Shown in pieces: positions 51,436-61,584 of a stretch of 64,000 bases of DNA. The stretch lies in assembly GCF_036321535.1 (NCBI RefSeq), contig NC_087444.1, forward strand, positions 71,796,001 through 71,860,000. The letters are read 5' to 3'. Each line of letters opens with the position of its first letter. The first letter of the stretch is position 1. The notes under the pieces are model-generated. The model searched no databases, was not told the origin of the DNA, and worked only from the letters and a program-made list of their open reading frames with translations. The stretch is from Camelus dromedarius. Lineage: Eukaryota. A program made the translations under genes and the position numbers.

Positions 51436-51600
51436 GACACACCCCCTGAGGCTTGGGAAGACCTTCCTGACTCCCATAGCCTGTGTCAGTCCTCGATCTC
51501 AATGGACCGCTGCTACCTCTCGCTGAGTGAGAACAGCAAGGAGCCATCTAGCCCCAGCTCGGAGGACAGAGACTCAGATTTGGGGTGGAGGCAGCAGGAG
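51436..51600 (+). CDS. MEIOSIN: MEIOSIN exon (DTPPEAWEDLPDSHSL...CYLSLSENSK...RQQE)
   Basis: cag|GAC ... GAG|gtgagg; 165 nt. Confidence 0.88.
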
Positions 51601-51673
51601 GTGAGGAGGACAGCCATCTGCCAGGTCGGTCCCACGTCTCCTGCCCACCCTCACCTCTCTGTCCCCCACCCAG

Positions 51674-51918
51674 GACACTCAAGCTGACCTCAAGGGCCTG
51701 CAGTCCTCCAGTGAAGAGGACGGGGACTACACGTGGACCCCAACCCGGAGGGCCTCAACTCTGCCTGCAGCTGGAAGGAAGGCCAGGAAGGGCCGGGTGG
51801 GCAGGGGCCCTGTGAAGCCCAAGGAAAGCAAGAAAGCCCCCTGCCTCACCCAGACGAAGAAGAAGTGTGTCAATGGCTTCATCATGTTCTGCAGGATGAA
51901 CCGGAAGCAGTACATCCG
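51674..51918 (+). CDS. MEIOSIN: MEIOSIN exon entering the HMG box (...KKKCVNGFIMFCRMNRKQYIR)
   Basis: cag|GAC ... CG|gtgggt; 245 nt. Confidence 0.92.
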
Positions 51919-52034
51919 GTGGGTAGGCGTCCTCTTTGGCCCTGACTGGGGCCCTCAGAGCCTGCTGCCCACTGCTGGCGACACATCCTCAGCCACACTT
52001 TCCCCAGGCGTCCCTCAGGCCCCGCTGCACTGTA

Positions 52035-52480
52035 AGCAGTAAAATGCAACTCAGACTTATGAAACAAGACAATTAATTGGCTTATATCACCTGAGAAAAA
52101 GGGGAGGGGTGGATTGCCTTCAGATGTGGTCGGTCCTAGGCCTCAAATGACCTCTGTCCGGGATCTCTGTCCCTCTCTCTGCTCCGCTCTCCAGGTTGGC
52201 TGTGCTCAAAAGCGCTGGGCCAGGCTATTCCCCAGTTTCAGAGTCCTATCTCCCACCCCAGCCACCCTATGGGAAGGAGCTTCTCATTTCTAAGGTTTCT
52301 AGTGAAAGTCTTTGGGGCTGACTTGATAGACCAGGCACCCAGCCCTGAAGTGATCACTGCCGTCCTGAAGCCGCGGGTTGTGGGGAGGCCCCCAAGCCTC
52401 AGAGAAGAGCTGGTGCTGGCATCGGAGCAAGCAGATGCAGGTCCTGGGACACTTGGTGGCCCATTTCCAAGCAGCATTTA
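52035..52480. mobile_element. MLT1-type LTR fragment
   Basis: gcagtaaaatgcaactcagactt...aattaattggctta MLT1K-like motifs. Confidence 0.4.
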
Positions 52481-52687
52481 GTCCAGCTGCCTTCTTTGCC
52501 ACCTCTGCTCCAGAGGGCACAAAAGGTAGGCCTCTCAAGGCAACACAATAAAGATCTGAGTTCTCAGATGGGAAAGCTGCGGCTCTGAGCAGGCAAGGGA
52601 CCCTCTCGTATAGTCAGATCACTGGCCTTCGCCCAAGCCAGGCAAGACTGCAGGCCTCTCCTCACCTTCTCCTCCCCCCTTCCCCAG

Positions 52688-52777
52688 AGCCTGCCCTGGG
52701 ACTGCATCCACCACTGCCACCAAGGAGCTGGCCCAACTCTGGCGGGTGATGACCCTGCAGGAGCGGAGACCATACTG
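52688..52777 (+). CDS. MEIOSIN: MEIOSIN HMG-box exon ([30 protein letters not shown])
   Basis: cag|A ... TG|gtgaga; 90 nt. Confidence 0.92.
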
Positions 52778-53410
52778 GTGAGAAGCCCCCACCCAGAAGG
52801 CACGGTTGGTGGAGGAGAGAGGCCTCCCTGCTCCTTCTCCAGCTCTGATTTTCCGAGCCTTGAACTTTGTGATATTAGAAACAAGTTGGGAGTTTCCTAA
52901 GGTGGGAGATTTGGATGTCACAATGACAAAAGTAGAGCGATGCTCTAACGCTGTAACTTAGAAGTTCAAATAGATCAGTCGTGTATTTGGACCCCACTGC
53001 CCTAAACTTCCTTTGCCCTCTCTGCCACAGGGAGTTTCTCAGGGCAGGAAACTAGGTCTCACTTCCCAGTCACTTGGCCTCCTTTTCTTCTCCCCTTTGA
53101 TCCTTCCTCCCTCCTGAAACCCCCTCCTCTCCACCAACTTCAAAGAGCTGCCACCTGTCCAGTTCTCAGTTGGTTCTGGAAACACACATGCGTGCGCACA
53201 GATTGTAACGGGTCTCACAGGGGCCTGCGGCTCCAGCAAAGGGCCCTGAACCAAATCCCAGCCTGTAGACTTGGACCTGGGAGCCCAGAGATTCCCCTAG
53301 CTGGGCCAGATAAGGCGGTCATGCTGGTGCCAGAGCGCTAGGGGTAGGACAGAGTTGCCCGGGAGGCAGGCTAGGAACCCTGCTCATCCATCCTCCCACC
53401 TCTCTCCCAG

Positions 53411-53579
53411 CATCAAAGCACGCAGGTTCAGCCGCCAGCACAACCGCATCGTGAAGCAAGACAGCTCCAGCAGCGATGATGAGGACTGGGGGACCCCCAA
53501 GCCCTTCTACCAGCTGCTGGCCGAGAAGGCCCGCTGCTCCTCAGACCCTGCCTCTCTGCTGCCTCCTCACCACACATGA
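53411..53579 (+). CDS. MEIOSIN: MEIOSIN last coding exon ([17 protein letters not shown]...[10 protein letters not shown]...*)
   Basis: cccag|C; TGA at 53577-53579. Confidence 0.92.
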
Positions 53580-54017
53580 GGGCGACCCCACTGTGGTCTC
53601 CCGCTCACCCCTACCTCCTGCAGCTCTCCTTTGAAAACAGGAGCCAGTGATAAAGAGGTTGTCCTATCCTGGGCCTCAGCCCCACTAATGCAGTTCTCCT
53701 TGGTGAGGTCCCCCAGGGCTAGGGGTGGCATATTTATTGACCCCAATGCTTTGTGCATTTGCCTTACACGGGGGCAGCCTGAACTTCACCTGCCTGCCTT
53801 CTGCCAACCTTCTCACAACCCCTTTCTACCTCAGGGGCCTCTCCCAGGAGCTGCAGGGTGGAGGCAGGAGCCCTGAACGAAATGCAGGGAGATGAAGTTT
53901 TTCCCCTGCCCTTCCTCTGCCCACCCCAGAATCAAATGGTTTCAATCCTGTTCAGTCTCACCTCACTCTACTCCTCCCAGACTGTTCTATTTATAGATTA
54001 TCTATTGTTTTCAACAA

Positions 54018-54023
54018 AATAAA
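54018..54023 (+). terminator. MEIOSIN: MEIOSIN polyadenylation signal
   Basis: AATAAA about 440 nt after the stop, followed by ctttgtt. Confidence 0.65.
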
Positions 54024-54292
54024 GTAGAAACTTTGTTACCAGCAAGAGACAAGGCAAGCTCCCAGGTGCCCTGCTTCCTCAGCCCTGGGAAGCACTCCTT
54101 CCAGGCCCATCAGTTTGAAAGAAACCCCACTGTGGGAACCTTCTCTAGCAGCACCGCAGATCTAACCTCCAAACCCCCTTCCCCCTCAGGGAGTAGTGAT
54201 CAGAAAGCCAGAATCTCGAGGTGCACTTTTTGGTGGTTCAATTTTCCCTTGGGCAAGTCGTTGGAAGGTAGAGGTACTAATTGTCTGTTAAC

Positions 54293-54298
54293 TTTATT
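54293..54298 (-). terminator. SIX5: SIX5 polyadenylation signal
   Basis: AATAAA on minus strand about 690 nt after the stop. Confidence 0.65.
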
Positions 54299-54981
54299 TT
54301 AATTGAAACGGAGGCATTACATGTCCTAGAAAAATAAAGATTTAGGATACAAACTAGACACAGGGGTCAGGGTTGCCCTGGGGGTGAGGGGATCTTTGGT
54401 CTGGGGCTGGACATGATACCGAGAGCTCTGCTCCAGGAGGAGCTAAGGGAGGACCCTGGCCTGTGCCCCCTACACCTGCATCCCTTGTCTTGTCAGCAGG
54501 AAGGGCTGGGCTGGGAGGATCTGTTGGTCTCTGGGCACAGGACTGCCTGTCCGCCACGCTCAGATTCCAAGCAGTCTTGGGAACACTGGATGTCAGTGGA
54601 GCTATTAATAGTGTTGTAGGGAGTGATAGGGAGAGGGCTCCAAAGAGGGTGGAAATCCAGCCATTCAGTAGGGCTTTTAGCTCACACTTAGTACCAGGTT
54701 GAGGGGGACAGAGCCCCTGAGTCAGGACCCCCAGATCTCCCCTTATGTATCAGGGGGCAGAGCAAGGACAGGGCTGTAACAGAGGAGGTATCCCGTCCAG
54801 AGGACGGTGCCCCTGGACAGGAGTGGACCTCCAGGGCGCGGAGAGGTTGAGTGGCGATGGGGGCGGGTGTAGTGTGTGGCATCTTCAGATGGCAGCCATC
54901 CTGTTTATGAGAGGCTCCCTCCTCCCGGGCCATCCTGGATCTTGAGCACCATTGTCAGGGGAGGCTGTAGGGCCTACTGGG

Positions 54982-55598
54982 TCACAGTTCCAAGGGCTCT
55001 TCCACAGGCACTGACTGTAGCTGGGTCAGCACCTTGGTCTCTGCTTCTAGCCCCTCGTCAACCTCACCCCCCGCAGTGGCCCCCAGGAGCAGCCCCTCGG
55101 GGTCGGGGTCAGGCAGCCTCAGCACGGTGTGGGGGGCTTGTGTCCCCAGCCCCTTCTCTGCCTCAAGCAGCCCCTCGGTGCCTGTGCTCAGTTCCAGCCC
55201 TGCTGGCCAGATGGGCACGGCCGCGGGCGACAGCAGGAGCCCCTCGGGTGGGGGCGCTGGGAAACCAGGCAGGAGGCTGGAGGAGTCTGGGGAGAATGGC
55301 AGGCTGGCGGTGGTGGTGGCAGGGGCAGGCGGCGGCTGCGGTGGTTGCTGTGCAGAAAGTGTCCCCAAGGTGTGGGCCTCGGGGAGAGCAGGGCTGGGGG
55401 CCACTGGGAGGGCCCCTTCAGGCACTGAGAGGGCTGTGTCTGGCTTCAAGGGCAGGGCCAGGCTGGGGGCAGGCGGCAGGACCTGGGAGACCAGCATACT
55501 GGTGGGGAAGGTGGCGGTAAGGATGATCTTGCCCTGCTGTACGGCCACACCTGTCACGATGGGGCTGCCAGACACAGGGTTGGCCAGCAGGAAGTTTC
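54982..55598 (-). CDS. SIX5: SIX homeobox 5, exon 3 (GNFLLANPVSGSPIVTG...VEEPLEL*)
   Basis: tacag|GA acceptor; TGA at 54982-54984. Confidence 0.95.
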
Positions 55599-55871
55599 CT
55601 GTAGGGAGAGGAGCAGGGCCAGGCAAGGAGGTGAGGATTTAAGCCACTGGAGAGCAGGCAGGTAGATTAGCCAGAGGGAAAAGGAGCCCCTTCTTGGTGA
55701 GGTTGGGCTTGTGTGGCTTGAGCCGAAGGGTACTATCTGGCACAGGAGGGTTTGGGACCCGCCAGGAATGAACTCCCCTTCCTGCCCCTGACCACCCTAG
55801 GAAACCCACCCACAGCACCATCCTTCCCTAAGATAGCTGCACCCCCCCACCCAGCCACCAGAAGCGGGTAC

Positions 55872-56674
55872 CTGGGGCAGTGGCTGAAGGCAGCTGCAGG
55901 GCAGTCACGCCCACCCCGGAGTTTATCAGGTGCACGTTGGCAGGGCCTGTAGCAGCTGCCACCTTCACGGGGCTGCCTGGCCCTGCTGCCAACAGCTGCA
56001 GTGGCCCCACAGCCTGGGGCAGGGTTACCACCTGTGAGGTGGGCACCACCTGGGGCAGGTTCAACAGTGGGGAGGTGGGGCCCAGGCCAGCAGGGTAGCC
56101 AGGGGGTGGGGAGAGTGGCACCACTTGTGGGGCAGCCACGGAGGTCACTGGTCCTGGGGGCAGAGGGAAGGTGGCAGCTGGTGGGGGGCCAGGCACCACT
56201 TGGGGCAGAGGCCCTGGGACCTCCTCTCCAGATGGCCCTGAGGCAGCCACCTGGGTCCCCTTGGTCTCCAGGGCTGCTGGCTGAGCCTCCTCCAGTCGAA
56301 CCTCCCCAGTCTGAGGGTCCAGGACCAGGGAGGTCTTGCCCTCGCTGGCCCCCTGGGGACTGGGCTGTGGGGCAGGGGTGCCCCCACCCCCGGTGAGCAG
56401 CAGGGGGCCCAGGCTAGAGGCCTCGCCTAGAGCCAGGCTGTTGATGATGACCGGGCTCCCATTGAGAAGCACGGCTGGAGAGCTGCCAGTGGCCAGGAAG
56501 CTCCCATTCACCAGGATGGAGGAGGAGGCAGGGCATGGTGCAGGAGGGGCGGCCCCGGCCAGGAAAATGGAGCCCTGGGCAGGGGCTTCAGCAGCCACTG
56601 GAGGCACACCCCTCTCCAGATCCTCAGGACTGCAGCTGGACTCGTCCTCAGTAGTGGGGTTCCCATCAGACTCG
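55872..56674 (-). CDS. SIX5: SIX5 exon 2 (SESDGNPTTEDESS...LPSATAP)
   Basis: ccag|C ... G|gtaccc; 803 nt. Confidence 0.95.
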
Positions 56675-57655
56675 CTGGCCAGAAAAAAGGATTGTGAGTT
56701 GTGCTTGCCCACTGGCCAGCCCTATTCCTACAGAGCCGATGCAAACTGCTCTGGGGGAGCACAAGCTGACCACTGCCTCCCCACCTTTCTCCAGCCCTAA
56801 GTTTCGTGGACAATTCCTGGGGAGTTATGGAATCCCCTCTCTGAGGCCATCCAAGGACCCCAAGAGCAGAATCTCTGCAAGCCCTGCATTGCTACCACGG
56901 CCTAAGAGCTCAAGATGGCAGAATGGGTATTGAGGCGGCCCTCCTCTCCCAACTCCTCGGCCTCAGGGCCCAGGAGGCTGAGCACTCAGGCTGCCCGAAG
57001 TCTCCGGGTCGGCCTCAAAGCAGTCAAAGCAGCCGAGTGGCTTTGGAGAGAGTAAGGAGGTACTCGCAGGCTCAGTTCCCGGTGCCCTGCCCTCGGGCGT
57101 CAGAGTAGGGAGTGTGAGGCCGGCGCTCAGGGTGGGAGGGGAAGGGCTTGGATTACAGGGAAACTGGAGCTGGGGAAGGTTCACGTTTCACAACAAAGAC
57201 AGACGACAGACCACGCTGTTTGGGCCCTGCGGCGGGGCGGGGTGCGGGCGGGAGTGGGTGAGACGGAGCTACGGTCTGAAGGCCAGGTAGCGAAGGGGCC
57301 TGAGCAAAACCCTACGCCGGCGGGTGGACAAAGGCCCCTCCTCCTTTCTCGCAGCCCCTCATTTTCTCACTGCCTCCCCCGGGTCTAGCCACGGGCAGCG
57401 ACGGCATCCGCGATGGAGCCTTGAGTGGAGCAGAGGGAAGCGGTCTCCCAGCCTCCGCGAGAGAAGCATTGGTGTCGGGGAGATGGCTGGGGCGCGCGCC
57501 CGTTCCGTCCACACGGATTCACTGAGCTTGACGGGCGCCTGAGGGTGTGAGTCTGGGGTGTCCGAGGACTTCGGCGCCCTGACTCCAGCACCGGGCATGG
57601 GGAAAGAGGGCACGTCCCCTGGGAAGCGGGACTGGCGCCGCACGGGTCCCCTCAC

Positions 57656-58372
57656 CTCTTGCAGGGCGCGCCGCCGCCGCCCCCAGTCCGGTCGCGCTGT
57701 CGTCGGTTCTTGAACCAGTTGCTGACCTGCGTGAGCGAGAGGCCGGTGAGCGTGGCCAGGCGGCGCTTCTCGTCCGGCGTGGGGTAGCGGTTGCCGCGAT
57801 AGCAGGCCTTGAGCGCCGCGCGGGAGCGCTCCTTGAAGCAGTAGACAGTCTCTTCGCCGTCCCAGATGGTCTTGGGCAGCGGGAACTTCTTGCGCAGACG
57901 GTACTTGTCCACGGCGCCCAGCGCGCGGCCGCGGGCCCGCTCGGCCTCGTGGTAGCGCGCGCGCAGGTAGAGGTCCTGCAGGAAGGCGTGATGGGCAGCG
58001 GGGAAGGGGCGGCTCTCGAGCAGCCGATAGAGCTCGGCGTACTCGCCCCGCTGGAAGGCCACCAGGGCCCGAGCGCGCAACACCGGATCGCTGCCACGTA
58101 GGCGCTCGGCTGGGGGCAGTGCGCCCAGGAAGCGGCTCAAGCGGCCGGCGTGGCCCGCCTGTAGCAACGCCTCGCAGACGCACGCCACCTGCTCCGGCGA
58201 GAAGCGGAGGCCCGTGGGCGGCTCGGCAGCGGCCTCGGGGGACGACCCGGGGACGACCGGGGATCCCGGGCTCTCCGCTCCCGCCGCCGCTTCGCCCGCC
58301 CCGGCCCCGGCCGCCGCCGCCGCCTCACCCTCGGCTGCCTGCAAAGTCTGCAGGAGCTGGCGCGCTTCCTCC
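57656..58372 (-). CDS. SIX5: SIX5 exon 1, SIX domain and homeodomain (start codon lies in the N-gap 58373-58536)
   Basis: [13 protein letters not shown]...[15 protein letters not shown]...[13 protein letters not shown]; donor AG|gtgagg. Confidence 0.96.
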
Positions 58373-58999
58373 NNNNNNNNNNNNNNNNNNNNNNNNNNNN
58401 NNNNNNNNNNNNNNNNNNNNNNNNNNNNNNNNNNNNNNNNNNNNNNNNNNNNNNNNNNNNNNNNNNNNNNNNNNNNNNNNNNNNNNNNNNNNNNNNNNNN
58501 NNNNNNNNNNNNNNNNNNNNNNNNNNNNNNNNNNNNTCCCCGCCCCCCACCACTTCGCGCTCCCCGATCTCCTCCGGCCGACCCCGCGTTTCCTCGCTTC
58601 ACCACCGACGCCAGGCCCAGCTCTCTACTAGGGTCTCTGTCCCAGTGTCTGTGTGTGTGCCCGTCCCCCTCCCCGTCTGTGCAGGATTCTCCCTTTGTTT
58701 TCCCTCCGCCTCAGGCCGCGCTTTTTGCCTCCCCCCGCGTGTGCCTCTGGCTCAGGGCCTCAGTTTCCCCATCGGGGCAACGGAGAAGGTAACGGGCCGT
58801 CCGGGAGGGCTAGGGGCGCGAAGCCACCTCCGCCCCGAGACTGAGCTTCTGCACGCCTCCGTCTCCAGGGTCCTCCGAGGGCCCCCCTCACTCCCCATCT
58901 CGGCGCGCGCTCCGCCCCTCGGAATTCCCGGCTCCGCAGGGGGGCGGGTCTGGCAGGGAGAAGGGGCGGGGGAAACGGGCTAGAAAGTTTGCTGCAACT

Positions 59000-59300
59000 T
59001 TTTCTTGAGCTAAGTCTCTGGAACGGATGCGCGTGGCCCGCGCAGGCGCAGTAGTAGGAGGAGGTCCGCGCCCGCGTTGCTGGCCCAGCCCCCTTCTTCC
59101 CGGAGGCCGAGTGGCACAGCTGGGCTACAGCTGGACAAGGGGCGGTACCTCCCAGCGGCCCGCTATTGGCCGGATGTCCATGCCACGCCCCTCAGCCCTA
59201 CCCCCTACCCCTGATTCGTCTGCTTCGCCTCCCGCTAGCTTCCTGCCAGGCCATTGGCCACCTCCACCCGCCTTCTGATTGGCCTGGTGTGCATCCTCCT
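59000..59300 (-). promoter_or_regulatory. SIX5: SIX5 promoter abutting the DMPK 3' end
   Basis: CpG island; three CCAAT boxes (ATTGG at 59165, 59253, 59278). Confidence 0.6.
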
Positions 59301-59363
59301 GCCCTCAACGCAAACACAGGGGACACCAAGGAGTTTCAAAGCTTTGGGCAGACGAGAGGGCCT

Positions 59364-59369
59364 TTTATT
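59364..59369 (-). terminator. DMPK: DMPK polyadenylation signal
   Basis: cgcgAATAAAaggccctc context as in human DMPK. Confidence 0.85.
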
Positions 59370-59855
59370 CGCGAGGATCGGGGGTGGGGATCCTAGGTGG
59401 GGAAAGACAATAAATATCGAGGAATGTCGGGGTCTCAGTGCATCCAAAACGTGGATTAGGGTGCTGGGGTCCTGGAGCCTGTCAGCGGGTCGGAGGACAG
59501 GTCAATAAATACCCAAACCGCCAAGGCGGGCGGAGCCGGCTGTGGCTCCGAGAGCAGCGCACGTGAGGAGGGCCCGAGAGTCCCCGAAAAAGCGGGGCTG
59601 TCAAAAGCAAAATGTTCCCGAGAGAGTAGGCAGAACTCGCGCTAGACGTTCGCCGCGTAAAGATAAGTCTTCCCGGGAGGGAAGGGCCTCATGCACAAGG
59701 AAGAGTTGTGGTTTGCGAGCCGATGTGGTGGGGGTGCATGGAGAGTGAAAAATGGATGCCAAGCCCTGGCCCTGCTGCCTTCTCTAGGTCGCAGTTTGCC
59801 CATCCACGTCGGGGCCTCAGCCAGGCTGGAGGAAGAAAGAGGTTCGCGATTCCCC

Positions 59856-59870
59856 CAGCAGCAGCAGCAG
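59856..59870 (-). repeat. DMPK: (CTG)5, orthologue of the DM1 trinucleotide repeat in the DMPK 3' UTR
   Basis: Minus strand gccgggattg(CTG)5gggggaatc matches the human flanks gccgggaatg(CTG)n ggggggatc. Confidence 0.92.
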
Positions 59871-59921
59871 CAATCCCGGCTAAAATCCTCCCTTGCGCCG
59901 CGGCCCTGGCTCCTCCCTCCC

Positions 59922-59940
59922 CGGCCGCCAGGGGGCTGGC
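59922..59940 (+). promoter_or_regulatory. CTCF site upstream of the CTG repeat
   Basis: cggccgccagggggctggc fits the CTCF core CCGCCAGGGGGC; a CTCF site is known at this position in human. Confidence 0.7.
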
Positions 59941-60085
59941 CCGGATCACAGGGCTGGAGTTGGGGCGCAGACCCACGCTTGAAGTGCGGAGAATCGCCAG
60001 CCGGTGGGTGTGGCTTCTGGGCCGTGCCCGGGTCACCCAACCCTCCAGTAGAGCCCGAGTGGAGGACAGGCTCGGGTTCTAGGGT

Positions 60086-60241
60086 TCAGGGGGCGAAGAA
60101 GGCTCCCGGGCGGGGACAGACCCGGGCGAGATGGCCGGCGCAGGACACCAACCCAATGCAGCAGCCCAAGGCTGCCGCACCAGCCAGAGCAGCGGCGAAC
60201 AGGAGCAAGGAACGCGCCTCCGATAGGCCAGGCCTAGGGAC
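60086..60241 (-). CDS. DMPK: DMPK exon 15 coding part (VPRPGLSEARSLLLFAAALAGAAALGCCIGLV...FAP*, membrane anchor)
   Basis: cgcag|GTC; TGA at 60086-60088. Confidence 0.93.
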   Translation of the reverse strand, partial: VPRPGLSEARSLLLFAAALAGAAALGCCIGLVSCAGHLARVCPRPGAFFAP

Positions 60242-60553
60242 CTGCGGGGAGAGGGCGGGATCAGCGCCCGGCGACACGGGCCTCTGATTGGCTCCTGGGA
60301 CTTGCCCTGCCTGCGCCCATAGGAGAGTCCACAATCCTCCCTGCATCCCCCGCCCCGTTCCACACAGCGCGGGCAGCTATGGTTGGTCGGCTCGCAAGCC
60401 TAAGTCTTGTCCGGACTCATCATTGGCTGCTTCCTAGCGACCTGTGTTGATTGGCTGGCCGAGCATCCTCCCCCCGCTGCGGGCCCAGCCCAGCAAAGGC
60501 ACAGCTAAGCAGAAGCGGCCTGGGGTACGCGTGGAGATAGGCAGGGGCGCGCG

Positions 60554-60709
60554 NNNNNNNNNNNNNNNNNNNNNNNNNNNNNNNNNNNNNNNNNNNNNNN
60601 NNNNNNNNNNNNNNNNNNNNNNNNNNNNNNNNNNNNNNNNNNNNNNNNNNNNNNNNNNNNNNNNNNNNNNNNNNNNNNNNNNNNNNNNNNNNNNNNNNNN
60701 NNNNNNNNN
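60554..60709 (-). CDS. DMPK: DMPK exon 14, inferred inside the N-gap
   Basis: Not sequenced; flanks resemble human introns 13 and 14; 90-nt exon expected. Confidence 0.55.
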
Positions 60710-60976
60710 GCTCGGCCCGGCCGCCCTCGGCGGGAGCGAGAGACAGCGAAGGGAGTCTAGATCTGGGAGGGCATCTGGGGAGATCTCGAATGGGATCTGG
60801 TGAGAGGCCTGAACCGAGGGAGCTCTGGTACATGTGGGCTGAATGGAGAGTGTGTGCTGAGTGGAACCTCTAAGAGGTAAGGTGAGCCCTAAATCTGGAT
60901 GGGGGTACGGGGAGATGGGGACGGGGTCTGCAATGGGGGCAGCAGGCTTTACGCAGGGGAAAGAGAGGAGTCTTAC

Positions 60977-61023
60977 ATGGGAAGGTGGTTCCGTGGCCCG
61001 GGGACTGGGGACCCCCGTGACAG
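60977..61023 (-). CDS. DMPK: DMPK exon 13 (AVTGVPSPRATEPPSH)
   Basis: cag|CTG ... CAT|gtaaga; 47 nt. Confidence 0.95.
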
Positions 61024-61188
61024 CTGGAAGGAGAAGAGAAAGGCGTAGGGCGCGTGGAGGGCCGGAGGAGGGCGGTGGCGCGCGGCGTGCCCCAGCCTGG
61101 GCCCCTCGCCCTCCCCTAGGTGTCCACACACGCCGCGGGCCCACCTCCCCCGGGCGCCCTCAGGAAAAGGGATGGATGAGGGACTCGC

Positions 61189-61286
61189 CTGTGGCTCCCT
61201 GGACCTGCAGCAACTCCATCCGGTCTTGCAACTGCCGAACTTGAGCCTCCAGGTCTCGGTTCCGGATCTGGGCCTCGCGGAGCTGA
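61189..61286 (-). CDS. DMPK: DMPK exon 12 (SQLREAQIRNRDLEAQVRQLQDRMELLQVQGAT), coiled coil, GC donor
   Basis: cag|T ... CAG|gcgagt; 98 nt. Confidence 0.92.
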
Positions 61287-61375
61287 CTGCGGGGAGGAAA
61301 GGAACGTGAGCCCTTCGGCATTTCGGCAAGAGAGGCTGCTAAAGGTAGTGACTGTCCCCGCGTCCTGACCCCGAC

Positions 61376-61584
61376 CTGGCGAAGTTCTGGTTGGCCATGC
61401 GGATGGCCTCCAGCTCCTGGCTCAGGCTCTGCCGGGCAAGCACCTCCTCCTCCAGGGCTTCCTGGAGCTCCCTCAGTGTCACCTCTGCCTCTGCCACGGC
61501 CTCCTCTGGCACCGCCTCGGGAAAGGCCTCCACCACCGCCTCCGGAACGGCCTCCAGAACTGCCTCCAGAACTGCCGCTTCAGC
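61376..61584 (-). CDS. DMPK: DMPK exon 11 (AEAAVLEAV...VTLRELQEALEEEVLARQSL...NQNFA)
   Basis: cag|GCT ... AG|gtcggg; 209 nt. Confidence 0.94.

Noticed and set aside
60420-61144. ORFs spanning the N-gap
   Set aside because: Openness is an artefact of translating through Ns and DMPK introns.
61203-61204. Alternative GT donor CAG|GTCCAG inside DMPK exon 12
   Set aside because: Poor consensus and removes 16 nt, causing a frameshift; the GC donor preserves the conserved 98-nt exon.
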